Source: Eledone cirrhosa (taxonomy: Eukaryota). Taken from it: a DNA stretch of 64,000 nt. Shown in pieces: positions 12,365-25,599 of the stretch. Location: contig OZ024741.1 of the NCBI GenBank assembly GCA_964016885.1, forward strand, positions 330,274,001 through 330,338,000, in the 5' to 3' direction. Within the stretch, counting starts at the first letter, position 1. Each line of letters opens with the position of its first letter. The notes beneath the pieces were generated by a model. The model worked only from the letters and a program-made list of their open reading frames with translations. It did no database searches and was not told where the DNA came from. Made by a program: the position numbers and the translations under genes.

Positions 12365-13162
12365 GTAAGAATTTCTATTAATTCTATAGAAATAATCTGG
12401 ATGGTGAAAATCCACATCCTACAAGAGGTGCCTCTCATATGGCTAACATCTAGAGGAGTTAGCCTTGATAAAAGTCCTGCTTGTCTCCTCGTAATTAGTA
12501 GCTTATACTAGCAGTTTAATTAGATGATCTCCATTGTAAACACCAGTGGCTTCGCAAATGATTGACTATTAATTCAAGAATGGGTTGGCACAGCTGATCT
12601 AATTATTGGAGAAATTTATGAATATGTAGGTGTGGCGAGCCACATATTCCACCCATTAGAAAAAGCAAAATGAATGCTTCACCTTCGATGGAAGGATGAC
12701 CCAAGAAAAGAACATTTGTAAAGAATTTAGATTTTCTTTGAGCCACAATACTGACACTATGAAAGTCATAGAAAAAAAAATGATGATATAGTTTTAGTAA
12801 ATCCCCCATTAAGTAATTGAAATATAATGTATATCATTACAAATATGGTGACAAAAGGGTTAAATCTACTTCAGCACATGCTTGCTAGTTATTCTGTCTT
12901 CATTACTAGAAGTTGACCATGTGTTACAGAGAAATACAAATAACGTTGATATAGTTTCCCTTATTTTATGATTCTTATTGAGCTAGAATTTTCTACTCCA
13001 TAGAATAATAGGTGTGTATTTTAATTTTCTGACCTTGTCTAAGGATTGGACTCTGTTGCTCCAACTATTAGTAAATATATTTACTATGATAAGACTCTTG
13101 GGTGTTGTCTGTCAGAGGTATGTTGCTAAATCATTTCACTTTTCTATTTTTTTCTTTCACAG

Positions 13163-13216
13163 GCAGTCCGAGGAAACAGCATAGTCCTACTTGAGGCATT
13201 AGACCGACTTTCCTGA
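13163..13216 (+). CDS. SNRPG: snRNP Sm-G exon 4 (last coding exon)
   Basis: tttcacag acceptor. Encodes AVRGNSIVLLEALDRLS* (Sm2 RG motif). AATAAA at 13272-13277. Confidence 0.95.
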   Translation, partial: AVRGNSIVLLEALDRLS

Positions 13217-13271
13217 AGTTACCTTCATCATTCTTTGTGTGATTAAACATTTTTTTTTACAATTTGGCTAA

Positions 13272-13277
13272 AATAAA
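13272..13277 (+). terminator. Putative polyadenylation signal of SNRPG
   Basis: AATAAA ~55 nt after the stop, followed by a GT-rich tract (TTGGTGTTTTGGTGG). Confidence 0.6.
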
Positions 13278-13619
13278 TAATCTTTTATCACAAAATCTTG
13301 GTGTTTTGGTGGATTTCTTTACTAGCCAAACAATGTTAACTTTTAATATCCTGTGATTTATCTGAAAATATCTAAAAATTAAGAGCTAGATGGCAGCCAA
13401 ATACAGGATGCCAAGACAATCTAACCCGAACCTCTGCCCCATGTGGCTTGGTTTGGACAGAGATAGGGAGCGATGGAGGTCAATCAGAAAGGGGTTCCCC
13501 CAAAAAGAGAAGAGCCTGGATTTGGATTTGGTTCTAAAAGTTGCTTTGTTAATCTTTTTGTGACTATATTTCTAACGAAATACATTTTATTTCATATAAA
13601 ATTATGCTGGAAGATTTTA

Positions 13620-13970
13620 ATTTAGCTGCTAATGAGAGATTGTATCTCCGATATTACAGATATGTGGTTAGTATGTCTCTGGAAAGAAATCCCTGGACAG
13701 ATTTTACAGTTAAAACCAACCAACGGGGGATCTAGGGGTAGATCTTGAGCAAGATTGTTGGATAACATCTATGGGCTCGGCTGGTCTTGCTTGGGAATTC
13801 AGCCAGATCAATTGGAGATGGTTGCTTCTGACAGGACCCAACAATCTATCTAATTTAAGACAGTGATAGTTGTCTATAGTTGATGACTCCCAGGAATAAG
13901 TGGATAAAGATGATTTCTGCTGGAAAGAGTACTTGACTTTTTCCCCACGACCTTCCCAGGATTAAATGAA
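13620..13970 (+). mobile_element. RTE-type LINE 3' remnant (same family as 6602-6872)
   Basis: Shared CTCCGATA...GGATAACATC...CTTCTGACAGGA...CCCAGGAATAAGTGGA. Confidence 0.7.
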
Positions 13971-14399
13971 CAAAGATCTTAATTTAAATAGGAACTTTTT
14001 AAAATGGATGATTTGGGTTTTGGGTGGGTACTAGAGTAATTGAAACGTTTATGGCATCTTTACATCTGGATAGATCAGTGTGAAAATTTGCAGAAAATTG
14101 AATGTGATGCAATCAGTGTTGTTTTTATTACTTTTCAAGAATGTCTTGCTTATGCTGTTTCTTGTGGTACAGGATGTTATGAATTAACATTAGTTGGTTG
14201 GATTTGTTATTAAAAAAAAATGTTTTTTAAGGGGTTTCTGTTTCATAGTGTTTATGGGACCTGATTGAGCACACCTGTTCAGTATAACTGGTTTATTATC
14301 TAAGTTTTAACCTTTTTATTACTACATTTCCCCTACTTTGCTTCTTTTTTACTCTCTTCCCTCTAAAGAATTCTATATATCTGGTTCCTCCAGCCTCAC

Positions 14400-14760
14400 G
14401 GCAACAGGCTACTATGCTCTCCCATGTGTCTGGCAAGAGTTGGTGCATGAAGCCAGTTTGTGCCACACCTGTGCAGCTCTTCATTGGCTTACTCTTTACT
14501 CTACTTTTAGCAGCTGGCAACCATGACATTGCAGTTCTTGCTGGTATATTGTCCCCTGTTTGTAGGACATGCCCTATCAGCTGCATTTTTCTGCTCTTGT
14601 TGACAAGACTGAGACATGTGGCATTAGTTCTTCGAAGCATATCTTCATTTGTGATCTTGCTTTGCCATCTAATGCCCAGGATCTTTCGGAGACATCTTTG
14701 TTGGAAAGTATCAAGCTGTTTTTCAGTTATGGCGGTACACATTTGTGTGTCAGCAGCATA
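14400..14760 (-). mobile_element. LINE ORF2 C-terminal remnant
   Basis: LDTFQQRCLRKILGIRWQSKITNEDMLRRT...LIGHVL. Confidence 0.75.
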
Positions 14761-14828
14761 GGTTATTATATATACCTCTCTCTAATACATCCAATTATCT
14801 AATGATCCTGTAAACATATGAGACTCAA

Positions 14829-14967
14829 TAATTGTTTCTACATTAGGCACAAGGCCAGCAATTACCCAGTGTATTACTGGTACTTTATTTTATCGACCCT
14901 GTAAGGATGAAAGGCAAAGTTAACCTCGGCGGGATTTGAACTCAGACCATCCCGCCGAGGTTAACTT
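14829..14967 (-). mobile_element. SINE family B, 5'-truncated, with a 19-bp inverted duplication at its 5' end
   Basis: TSD TATGAGACTCAATAAT at 14817-14832 and 14968-14983. 14949-14967 is the reverse complement of 14917-14935. Confidence 0.85.
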
Positions 14968-15956
14968 ATGAGACTCAATAATAACACTAGCTCAGCCATA
15001 AGATCATAAATGTGTTTATAAAATCATTTAACCTCCATAAATGTATTCATATAATTATTTAACATCCAAATGTATTTGTAAATTATTTATCTTCCAAAGG
15101 AAGATCAAAATTAACTGGTTCGTATGAGAACTTAGTGAAAGGCACTCAAGTGGTGGTGGTATCACTGAAGTTTACAAGACCCTTCTTAAGAATTATATTG
15201 CCATATTTTGCTGTGTCACTGCAAGGAAAAAGAAAAAAAAATATTTCATTTAAGAGGAAGAAAGAATAATAATTGCTATAGCAATTTTTCAACCTAAATG
15301 CTCCGAGGTATTGCATATATATTTTTTTAGCAGAGTATTTCTGATTGGATGCCCTTCCTATCACATCCATCTTACAGTGCGGACTGGGTGCATTATTCGT
15401 GCCACCAGCACTAGAGAGATCTTACTGGACTCAAGAGTCCTCTCCACCCTGTGTTAGTTTATATTTGGAGTGCCTGCTCTCCTAAACGGATTGCCTTCAT
15501 TACAGCAGTAGTCTTTAAACAGAGTTATTTGCCCTCTTAGATGGATTGCCTTCACTACAACTTACAAAGCCCACGTCTACCCCATGCAGTCGTTTTTAAT
15601 TAGAGTCACTGCTCTCCTAGGCTCAGCATCTGCCCTGTGGATCATAATATATATGTTTGTGGTGTGTTTCATTTTGAAAACTATTGTCAATCATGTCATC
15701 ATTTCGATTATACCCATGTTAAGAGTTGATGAAATAACAAAATATTCTGAATTATAGGTCAATATTTAGGATTGCACACTTTCACATCTTTTTATTTATG
15801 ATGAATTTTTGAACCTGGTCTGTGGTATATTGTCCTTTCTGTTCACTTCACTGAATCTAATAAGGAAATCACATGACAGAATAAAATAAAATGAAAATAA
15901 ACCAAAGGAATACATTCTAAATACACAAAATATTGGGGTGAAATAGAGAAAACATT

Positions 15957-16110
15957 TTATGAATGAAATTTATAACTGGAAACGACTTTTTCTAGATCTC
16001 TCAACTCACATGGTGTAAGCTTAAGTTGTTCTTTGAACAGAACTATCTTGATCACATATATGGCCTTGGCCATCCAATGAGCCTGATGGTAAGCCCCGAG
16101 AAGGAGAACG
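15957..16110 (-). mobile_element. DNA transposase fragment (possibly hATm-like)
   Basis: GAYHQAHWMAKAIYVIKIVLFKEQLKLT resembles the GAxHHARWMAKAIYxLK motif of invertebrate transposase-derived proteins. Family assignment is from memory. Confidence 0.5.
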
Positions 16111-16868
16111 AGGAAGATGGCCAACCTCCAAGTGAGACGGTTGTCACGTGTTGAGGCTTGACCATTTAGGCAATTAGGTCCCACTTGTACGTTTTGTTTT
16201 GGCATGGCTTCTACTGCTGGATGCACTTCCTAATGCAAAGCACTTTACAGAATGTACTGGGAGCATTTGATTGTGACACTGAAACTACCATTTTCACAGG
16301 TTCGACTGGGTGATTTTCATTGTGGCACCAGCACTACCACTTTACAGGGTGGACTGGTTGCTTTTGTTGTACTCTCATCACTATCTTAGGAGGTACAAAC
16401 ATTGCACTGCTGGGGGTGATGGTTTTGAAGTGAAAAGTTTCTGACATATAGTCACTTGTAAATGAAATGGATCTTTACCATATATATATATATATATATG
16501 TACAGTAACAGCCATAATGTTTTGGACGCATAAATGTCCATCATACAACTTTCAGTAGCTTCAAAACTAAGAATTGTTAAGTTATGCACATACATCAGTA
16601 ACAAAGGAAGTTCAAACAATGTCCTAATCATTTTGACCATCTCAATGTTTAAATAAAAATACTCTTTTGCTTATAACTTGTGTTTCAGTGATCCTAAACA
16701 AGTATCATTTCATCCATATTTAGTTGATATCTATAATTTAACATCTATCAATTTTGAGCTTTTAGCTTTTTTTTAGTTTTTGAGCTACTGAAAGTTCTGT
16801 GATGGACATCTAGGTGTCTGAACCATTATAGTCATGTATTATCATTATCATCATCGTTTTTACATCGG

Positions 16869-19800
16869 TTTTTCCATGGTTGTATGGGTCCTGAGTACAG
16901 CATTGCTCCACTTTTCGCATTGCTGTGTCATCTCTGTCTCAGCAATTTGAGGTCAGCTCTCACCTTTGGCCAGGTTTTTCTTGGTCTACCTCTTCTGCGA
17001 CTTCCTTCCACCTCGATTTCTTGGTACTTCTGCACCAAATGAATATGAAATAAATCACCCATTTTAAAAGGTTTCTGTTTAAAATCTTCCAACGTAATTC
17101 TATATAAGAACCCCTTGTAAACAACTATTTTAGAAATAAAATAGATAATAATTTCAATAAATCCCTCCAAATTCTTCCTTAAGTAATTGAAACAGACGCA
17201 TGTCATTAGAAATGTGGTCATTTTTCCAAAATCAGTAAATGTATATATATAAAATAGATTTTACCCTGTATGGACCACAGCAAATGCTTTTTTAGCTTGT
17301 TCATAGAATTTAAATCTTTCAACTGGGATCAATATAATCTGCAAATATATACATATATGTTATTATTATCATTGTCATCCTTAGTTTTATATCTGTTTTT
17401 TTATACAGCATGGGTTTAATGAAACTTTTTGAACAGTTGTTTTTAAACAAGATACAAAGATCTTAACACATCTCAACACTGAGAAGTGGAATCTGATTAT
17501 GTACAACGTACACAAATATCACTGCCTGCGAAGAGAAGAGACAAACACACACATATACATGTATCATCATCATTTTACATAAGTTTTCCATGCAGGAATG
17601 GGTTGTTATAGTCTTGGACAAGATATTGTTAAAGAACCACATCTTCCTCATATGTTCCATGTTTTGGCATTGTTTTTATGGCTGAGCACCATTCCTAATG
17701 CCAACAATTTACAAACCTTGCCTCAATGCTTGCAACACAGCAGATTCTGCTAAATGCATCCAAATGCCACGAGGTGGTGTTAAATCCTCATCATAGTCAT
17801 TGTCATAGTTTTAATGTCTGTTTTCCCTGCTAGGCAGGGTTGGACAGGTCTACATATACCAACTCAGTACTGAAGCGGAGTTACTGATCTCTCAAACAGG
17901 CCAGGGTTCTGTGTCTCACTTATGTACGGGCTCATGTTCTACCAAGTGCACAAGAGAGATTGCCATGTCTTTGACACAACTGAGGATCCTCCCAACCCTT
18001 TGTTTGGCAAGATTTCTTCCTAACACCAACACCCACTTTACAGTGTGTACTGGGTATGTTTATTGAGTAGATCATCAAACACTAGCGAGGCTGTCATGTC
18101 TTTGACATGACTGAAGGGTCCTTCCAACCCTTTGTTTGGCTAGCCCTCCGCAGCTGGATGCCCTTCCCATTACCAACCACTTCAGGGTTGTTAATGTGCT
18201 GTTGGAAGTGGGGGGAATTTACCATCCAATTGGACCACAGCAAGTCAGAACAAATACTGCAGGGTATTTCATCCGGTGCTTTTGCTTTTAATTATGAGGA
18301 CAACACTTGCTGCATACATTATTTCATATATTACTCACAACTCTGTTCTCTGCAGCTTCTAAAATGTTCTGGTATTCATCCCAGTGAGGCAAAGGCAAAT
18401 GTTCATCTTCACCAGTTTTCTCCATCACAAAAGCCTACAAGTAAACAAACATATCAAATAAACACCAATTGTAGCCAATCTCTTGGATTTTAACAAGGCA
18501 CTGTAAAGATAAAGTTGATATAAAGAATGATGTGCTTATGTGTGGAGAGGTGCTTGTGTGCAGAGATGCTAAAAAAAGACGGAAAAAGAAGTTGGTGGCA
18601 ACTTCTTTTTCTGTCTTTTCATCTTCACATGAACATGAACACATTATTTTAAATCATCGTCGTCATCATTGTTTAACGTCCATCTTCAACACAAGCAGGG
18701 GTTAGACGGTTTTGTTCCATTTGATGCGGGAATGGTTGGGAGACCGTGTCTCGCTTATACGGAAATGTTTCTGGAAGGGTTTTTTTACAACTGGATGCCC
18801 TTCCTAACACCAACCACATTTATAGTGTGGACTGGGAGTATTTTTACCGTGTCTCCTACACAACCACCTTAAATGTTTGCAAATATATATATATATAATG
18901 GTTTCTGATTTAGGCATAAGGCTAACAATTTTTGGGGAAGGAAAGTTGATTAAATTGTCCCCAGTGCATTACTGGTGCTTTATTGTCATCCCTTATTATG
19001 AAATGAGAACTTGAAATTTACAGCTCACACTTTTGCAAGTTTAGCTGGCTTTCTATGAAGTTGTAATGATAGGGGACCTCAGTTCTCCCATGTTGCTAGA
19101 GCCCAGGTTTAGCTGGCCTCCAACAAGAGTTTCCTCGAGTGTTTTAATAATGGGCCTCAATTCTATCATGAGAAGCAACATGAAATGAAGTATCAATGTG
19201 CCACCTGGTCCAGGAATCAAACTGTTGACCTTGTGATTGCAAGCCAAAAGCTATATCCACTAAGCCTTACATCTTCACTATATCGACTGCAGGTAAAAAT
19301 GTTTCTTACTGAATCATCATAGGTAACATCCAATGGTAGCAGCTGCAGTATAGCCTTTAATAAATCAGGTATTTTGTGACCTGGAAAAAAAATGTATTTA
19401 TATATATATATGTGTATGTGTGTGTGTATATATATATACATACACGCATATACTCATACATACACACACATGTATTATATCCTAAGCTGTTTATGAACAT
19501 GCTTAACCCTTTTGATACCAAACTGGCCCTGGTCCTATGATACAAGACAATTTGCATTAAAGTGTATTTATATTTATCAATAAAACCTTCAATCATAATT
19601 TTATGTAAGAACCTTTGTTAAATGATGTTCCAAATACCAAATAAATAACGAAAAAGTTAGTTATGTCACTAAATCTCTCCAAATTCTTGATTATTTTCAA
19701 TATCATTTGAAAATAATAGGTTGTTCCTGACATGAGTTATATGGCAATAAAAAGGTCAAATTTGATACATACACACTTAGGTTGCAGAAACCAAAAGGTA

Positions 19801-21976
19801 TTCATTAATTCCAGTTTCATCATGAACAAATTATATGTGTGTATGTGTATCCAGTATTGGAGCACAGTTAGCTGGGTGTCCAAGATTGCGGCTATGGTTA
19901 GTTGGGTATTATAAATGATTAAGTTATAACGTACCATCAGCTCTAATTTCAATGGGGCCCTCATGGCAAATAGATGTCGTAGGAAAGTGTGCATCTGCCA
20001 AAACTGAAATCAAACAAAGGAAATAATTACAAGATTGACTTCTCTAGGTATCAAGGTTTTTTAAATCTCTTTTTCCAATGTTTTGTTTCTGAAAATGTAG
20101 TGAAGCCTACACACACACTCTTGTGACGCTAAACTCCGCCAGTTGCAGACTGCGCATTAACACGTGATATCTCTCTCCCCAAAGTTCGATGACCAGCAGC
20201 AGAGTTCAAAGAGCAAAGATCAAGTCCAGTCCATAAATTGACATTGTCAAGCCATCGTTTTGGCTGCCGGTCTCTGCTTCTCTTACCAGCCAGCCTTCCT
20301 TCCAGGCATAACCTACTCATACCACGAGTTGATCTTTTTATATGGCCGTATAGTTTGAGTACTCTTGACATTAATAACAAAACAAAAACAACTATAGTTC
20401 GATGTTCCCCACCAAACTTTGTTTACCAATAACTTTCTTAATAATGCATATTTTGCAAAGATACTCTTTCAAACATGTAGATTACAATTATTATGATGAA
20501 AGTATTTTTTAAACAAATTGTCATTTTCACTCATGGAAATACGAAAGTTATCTGTGATCTTAAAACGAAGGAATACCTTTTTTCTAACAAGCGCGAACTA
20601 GAATGTTTTAGTATTTTGCTAGCAAAACTAAATAGTTGTCTGACAAATTCTAAGGCGTTCTTTCCTAAATGTAAATTCAAAATGATATATTAGTAAAAGA
20701 AAATGTTTAAAATTAAGTTATGTTTGGTAATCATTAAAGAAAACATGAAGGGAAATAAATTATTGTAATTGATTTAAATGAATGTAAAATGAAATTATTG
20801 TTTGGAGATTGTTGTTTGCTTAAAAGAAAAGAACACCGATTCTAAATACCTATATCATCTCCATGTCCCATAGAAGCTAGAACTTGAAGTAAGCCAGGAC
20901 TTATTATGCAAGGAATTCCTTTCAACGGCATTGTTTCTGTTGAATGAGAAATATTAAATATACAAAGTGCGAATTGGGGGAATAATAATCGAATAACGTG
21001 ATAACTTGCAGTTATTTCCCTTGAAGGAGGCGTCTTACTGCGTCAACATAACCAGCCTTTGAAAGGAGTACACGCTGACAGAAATCGCATGTCTAACTAC
21101 TGATGACTTCATCAAGACTGTGAGCACAGCCCTTCCGGAGCTGACGGTTCAGTTTTATGTTCTAGACGAAATTCCTCAAAGGTTTTGCAACTGCCTTTTA
21201 TGCTCTTTCTCCACTCAGCCCTATTTAGAACTATCTCCTCCCAGTTGTCTATAGCAAATGCCAGCTCTTTGAGATTGTTCTTGATGCTGTCCCTGAATCT
21301 CATTTTCGGTTTGTGTTTAGGTCTTTTTCCAAGATGGAGTTCACCGTAAACCAGTTGCTTCAGGATCCTGCTTTCTTTCATGTGGACGATATGTCCTGTC
21401 CAGCACATTTGAGATGTTACTTGCGACTCAACACTTGGACATTCTGCTTTGTTAAGAACATGTATGTCTTGCCACTTGATGTTGAATATGTGCCTTAAAC
21501 ATTTCTGCTGAAAAGGACCATGCAATTTGGTGTGTTTGCAGAATAGCGTCTAGGTTTCGACGGAGTATAAAAGAGCAGACAGAACACATGATCTATACGC
21601 ACACGCCTTGGTACTGTTGGTAACGTTGCGATTTGCCCAAACTCTCTTTTCCAATTTTCTGGACGCGCAGATGTATTTCAGCATCTAAGGAGCCATCATT
21701 TGAGAGTGTGCTACACAAGTAGAAAATATATTTACTACTCCCAGCCTGGTTCCATCAACCATGATATTGGGTTCAGTATATGGTTCTCCAGGAGCAGGAG
21801 TAAACATTACATTGGTCTTTTTAAGGCTGATTGTAAGCCCAAATGCTGTACACGAGGATGAGAAATGGTCCATAATGTGTTGCATGTCAGCTTCTGTGTG
21901 TGCTAGAAAATCAGCGTCGTCGGTGTAAAGATCAGAACTTGAAAAGTTTTTGTCTTGGCATTAAACCTTCTTAAGT
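16869..21976. repeat. Segmental duplication, copy B
   Basis: Matches 1-5482, lacks the 2581-2945 insertion, and the RTE LINE continues past 21976 whereas it is cut at 5482 in copy A. Confidence 0.97.
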
Positions 21977-22810
21977 TGAAAACCTTTCCAGTGGTTCTGA
22001 ACCGTGAAAGAATGCCTCTGTCACAATCATGGAAAGAATTTGTGAGCTAGGCAGCAAAAAAAGATTGGAGAAAAGCGTAGGAGAAGGAATATAACCTTGC
22101 TTTACCCCATTGTCAATTGGGATTTCCCCAGATAGTTGGCCATTGAAGGTAACCAAGCTTTCATACTTTTGTGCAGCTGCTTTAGCATACTAACAAACTT
22201 GGGTGGATATCCCACTTTTCCAAGAATAATCCAGAGTGCATCTTTTAACTGTATCAATGCATTTTTCTTGTCTTATAGGAAAATCATGTCAACTGTTACC
22301 CTTCCTCTTCTAAAACCACTCTGTGATTCTGGGATAACTGTAGGACAGATAGCCTCCTCCAGTCTATTGAGCAAAAGTCTTTCGAGAAGCTTGCCAACAG
22401 TTTCCAACAAAGTGATGCTATGGTAGTTTCCACATATCGATTTTTCACCTGTGCCTTTGTATAATGACAACAGAATACCATTGATCCAGTCTTGCGGAAC
22501 CGGGGTCCCATTCCAGCAATCAATGATGAAGTTGTTTATTGATTCTGTTACATTATCACCACCAACTTTTAGCAGTTCGACTGGGATACCATCTGGACCT
22601 GGTGCCTTGCCAGATTTAACCTGCTTAACTGCCAGTTTTATTTCATCAGTAGAGGGAAGTCGATCCATATGGTGGACTGTTTCACATTGAGGAAAGCCTT
22701 CTATCACTCCAAAATCAACCACTGATGGGTTGTCAAACAGGTCAGTAAAATGTTCCTCCCAAAGCTGAAGGATTTTTGACGGCTCTTTGATGTTGATATT
22801 GGCATTGTCC
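21063..22810 (-). mobile_element. RTE (BovB-like) LINE, degenerate and 5'-truncated
   Basis: RT motifs KAPGPDGIP, PESQSGFRRGR.TVDMIF, NGVKQG..SPTLF and FGLTISLKKT, with several frameshifts. Confidence 0.9.
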
Positions 22811-25599
22811 TTAGATCTCAGAGGAGTTACTGAGGATGTTGGTGGGCCGAAGACTTGGCATATAAAAGAGTAAAATGACTTCGAAAATAATCTGACGGAA
22901 GTTGTGAAAGTTGCATAAATATGTTTTATATATGTTTATATACATACATACATATGTAAAACATTCCAAAAATTCTGCATCTAATAACAGCATGTACACA
23001 TGTACAGATATGAAGCATATGCGCATGTACAAATATAACTCAAAACACACACATTCACACATACAACACCATCCATACCTGCATACACAGGCAGACATGC
23101 AGACATATCTACCTAGTTGATGTTGTTTAAATTCCAATGAGAGAGTCTTGAATCTATGTTAGAAACTGACTCTCTCTCTATTGGAAAACATTTATGAAAT
23201 TGTAAAACCAGAAGAACATATATATATATACATACATGATGGCTGCCCCTTTGTTATCGAGTATGGCCATTGCACGAAAAAAAAAAAGACAAAAAGAACA
23301 CAGATATATTAATAATTAACGGTGCTTTAATCGAATGTGGCTTTTTAGCCCAGCCAATGATCTAAAATGTCTTGCACAGAGTTGGCAACCAAAACATTCA
23401 CTGGCAATAGCCGGCTAGAGAGGTTTCCCAGTGCTCCTCACGATGTTATTATCTTTTGCTCTGGTGTTGTTTGTCCACCCCTTTCACTTGCCTTTTGTTG
23501 TATGTGGTCCTAGATGTATATATTACTTGCTTGTATGTTCTTTTCTTGTTTTCATTTGTAATGTTATTTATATAACTGTGAATAAGCGGTTCAACTAAAT
23601 GAGATCGATAAAGCAAGTTTCTCTAGAGCACTCTCCATATCTGTTTTTTTCCTCATTTTCCCTGTTGCTTCCTCTCTTTACTCTTTACTTTCTATTTAAC
23701 TTCTATTTCTAACTCTATCTTTTGATGAAGGACTGGTTTCTAAAACATTAAGACTATCATCCTGGTATTTCATGTATTAAACTAATGTGTTTCTTCCATG
23801 TACTGTGCCATTTGTTTTGTTATTTTTGTTATTTCTATTTACCTTTTACATATATATCATCATCATTGTTTAACGTCCATCTTCCATGATAGCATGTTTA
23901 GAAGGGTTTGTCCCAATTGAGGCAAGATTGGTCGAGTGACCGTGTCTAGTTTGTATAGAACCGTTTCTGGTTGGTTTTCTACGGCTGGATGCTCTTCCTA
24001 ATGCCAACCATATTTACAGTGTGGACTGGGAGATTTTTTACTGTGGCTCCTACACGACCACTTTATAGTGTGGACTGACATAACTTTATATATATATATG
24101 TGTGTGTGCGTATGTGTGCGTGTATGTGTGTAACTGGAATAACCAATGGGTAGAATTGGTTATTCCAGTTAGCAAATCATGATGTAATGGTAAGAATAGC
24201 ACTCTATGTTATGCAACTCATCCAGCCTTCTGTTGTTTTGAATATATCACCATTGTTTTTACGTTTATTTTACAAACTTGGGTTTATTAGACAGGTTGTC
24301 ACAGGCCAGACAAACAGGTTAGACTGCTGTGTCTGGCTCATACATTCCATTTTGGTATGGTTTCTATGGCTGGATGCCTTTACTAATAACAACCGCTTTG
24401 CAGCATGTATAGGATTTGTTTTCTTGTGGCACCACCACTACCATCTCACAGGGTGGACTAGGTGCTTTTTTTGTGGCAGCAGCGCAACCGCTTTACAGTG
24501 AGGACTTAGTGCATTTTATCGTGACACAACCACTTCTATCTTCCAGTGTGGTCTGGTGTCACATTTTTTTGTGATATCCATACAACCACATTTCAAGACT
24601 AATAGTCTTGCGTCCTTGGCCAGTTTGGAAGGACAATGACAGATGTGGTGATGGAGGTTGGTGTAGACGAGAGGGTGATGTGGGTTGCCTGTAATTAGAG
24701 GGAGGGGTGAGTGACTTTTGGGTAAGTGAATGACGTCTGTCAATAATGTGGGGCTGGTGGAGGTGAGTATGCATTACCATATTGGCACGGTTGCGTGCAG
24801 AAGGGAATATAAGTATGTAAAAGATAAACAGAAATAACAACAGAAACGGTTCAGTATATGGAAGGAATATATTAGTTTGATGCTTGCAATAGCAGGGAGA
24901 ACGTTTCAGACACTAGTCATTCATCAGAAGAAAGAATGAGAAATTAGAAAGATTGTGGGGACGGGCAGGACGAAATCAGAAAAAATACTTTTAGAGAAAA
25001 ATAAGAAGCCCATTCATGTTGCCATCCAATATTTACATATATATATATAGCAATGATTTCAACTAATGTTCTGATGTTAGCAGAGTAGGTCAGTGTGATC
25101 ACACATGCTGACCTCTGCATAACATGGTACTCATTTTCTTTTGTTTCAAGATCTGACGTCACTGAGTCTGGAGAAACTGGCCAACTAGAGGTTATTTAAA
25201 ATAACATGTTCCCCAAGTCATTCTTCTCTAGTCTCTCAAAGGACGCACACCAAAAACAGTTTGTTCCAGCAAGCAGGGAGATGTAGCACTTAGCCGAATA
25301 CTCTGGCCCTCTCAACAAGGGCCATCTAGCTCTATTCCCATTGGCACCTTGATAAAAGTAAGTCCACACACAATTGTAAATATCATCTTTCAAACTATTG
25401 CACACACATATACACATTAACACAGTCTTGTTTTCTATTTTATCAACTTGCCTTGTAGCAGGTTATCAAATTAATAAATATATTTAAGTAGCAATTTGGT
25501 TTTTATTTCATTACCTATGTGATCAGGGTAAATCACTTACCCAAGGAATCATCATCATGAAGACTGTTGTTCACTTGCGCACCTGCAATCTCTGGTCAC

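Noticed and set aside
12131-12511. 126-aa ORF as a single-exon gene
   Set aside because: Only 12240-12364 is Sm-G-like and it is bounded by splice sites. The rest is intron.
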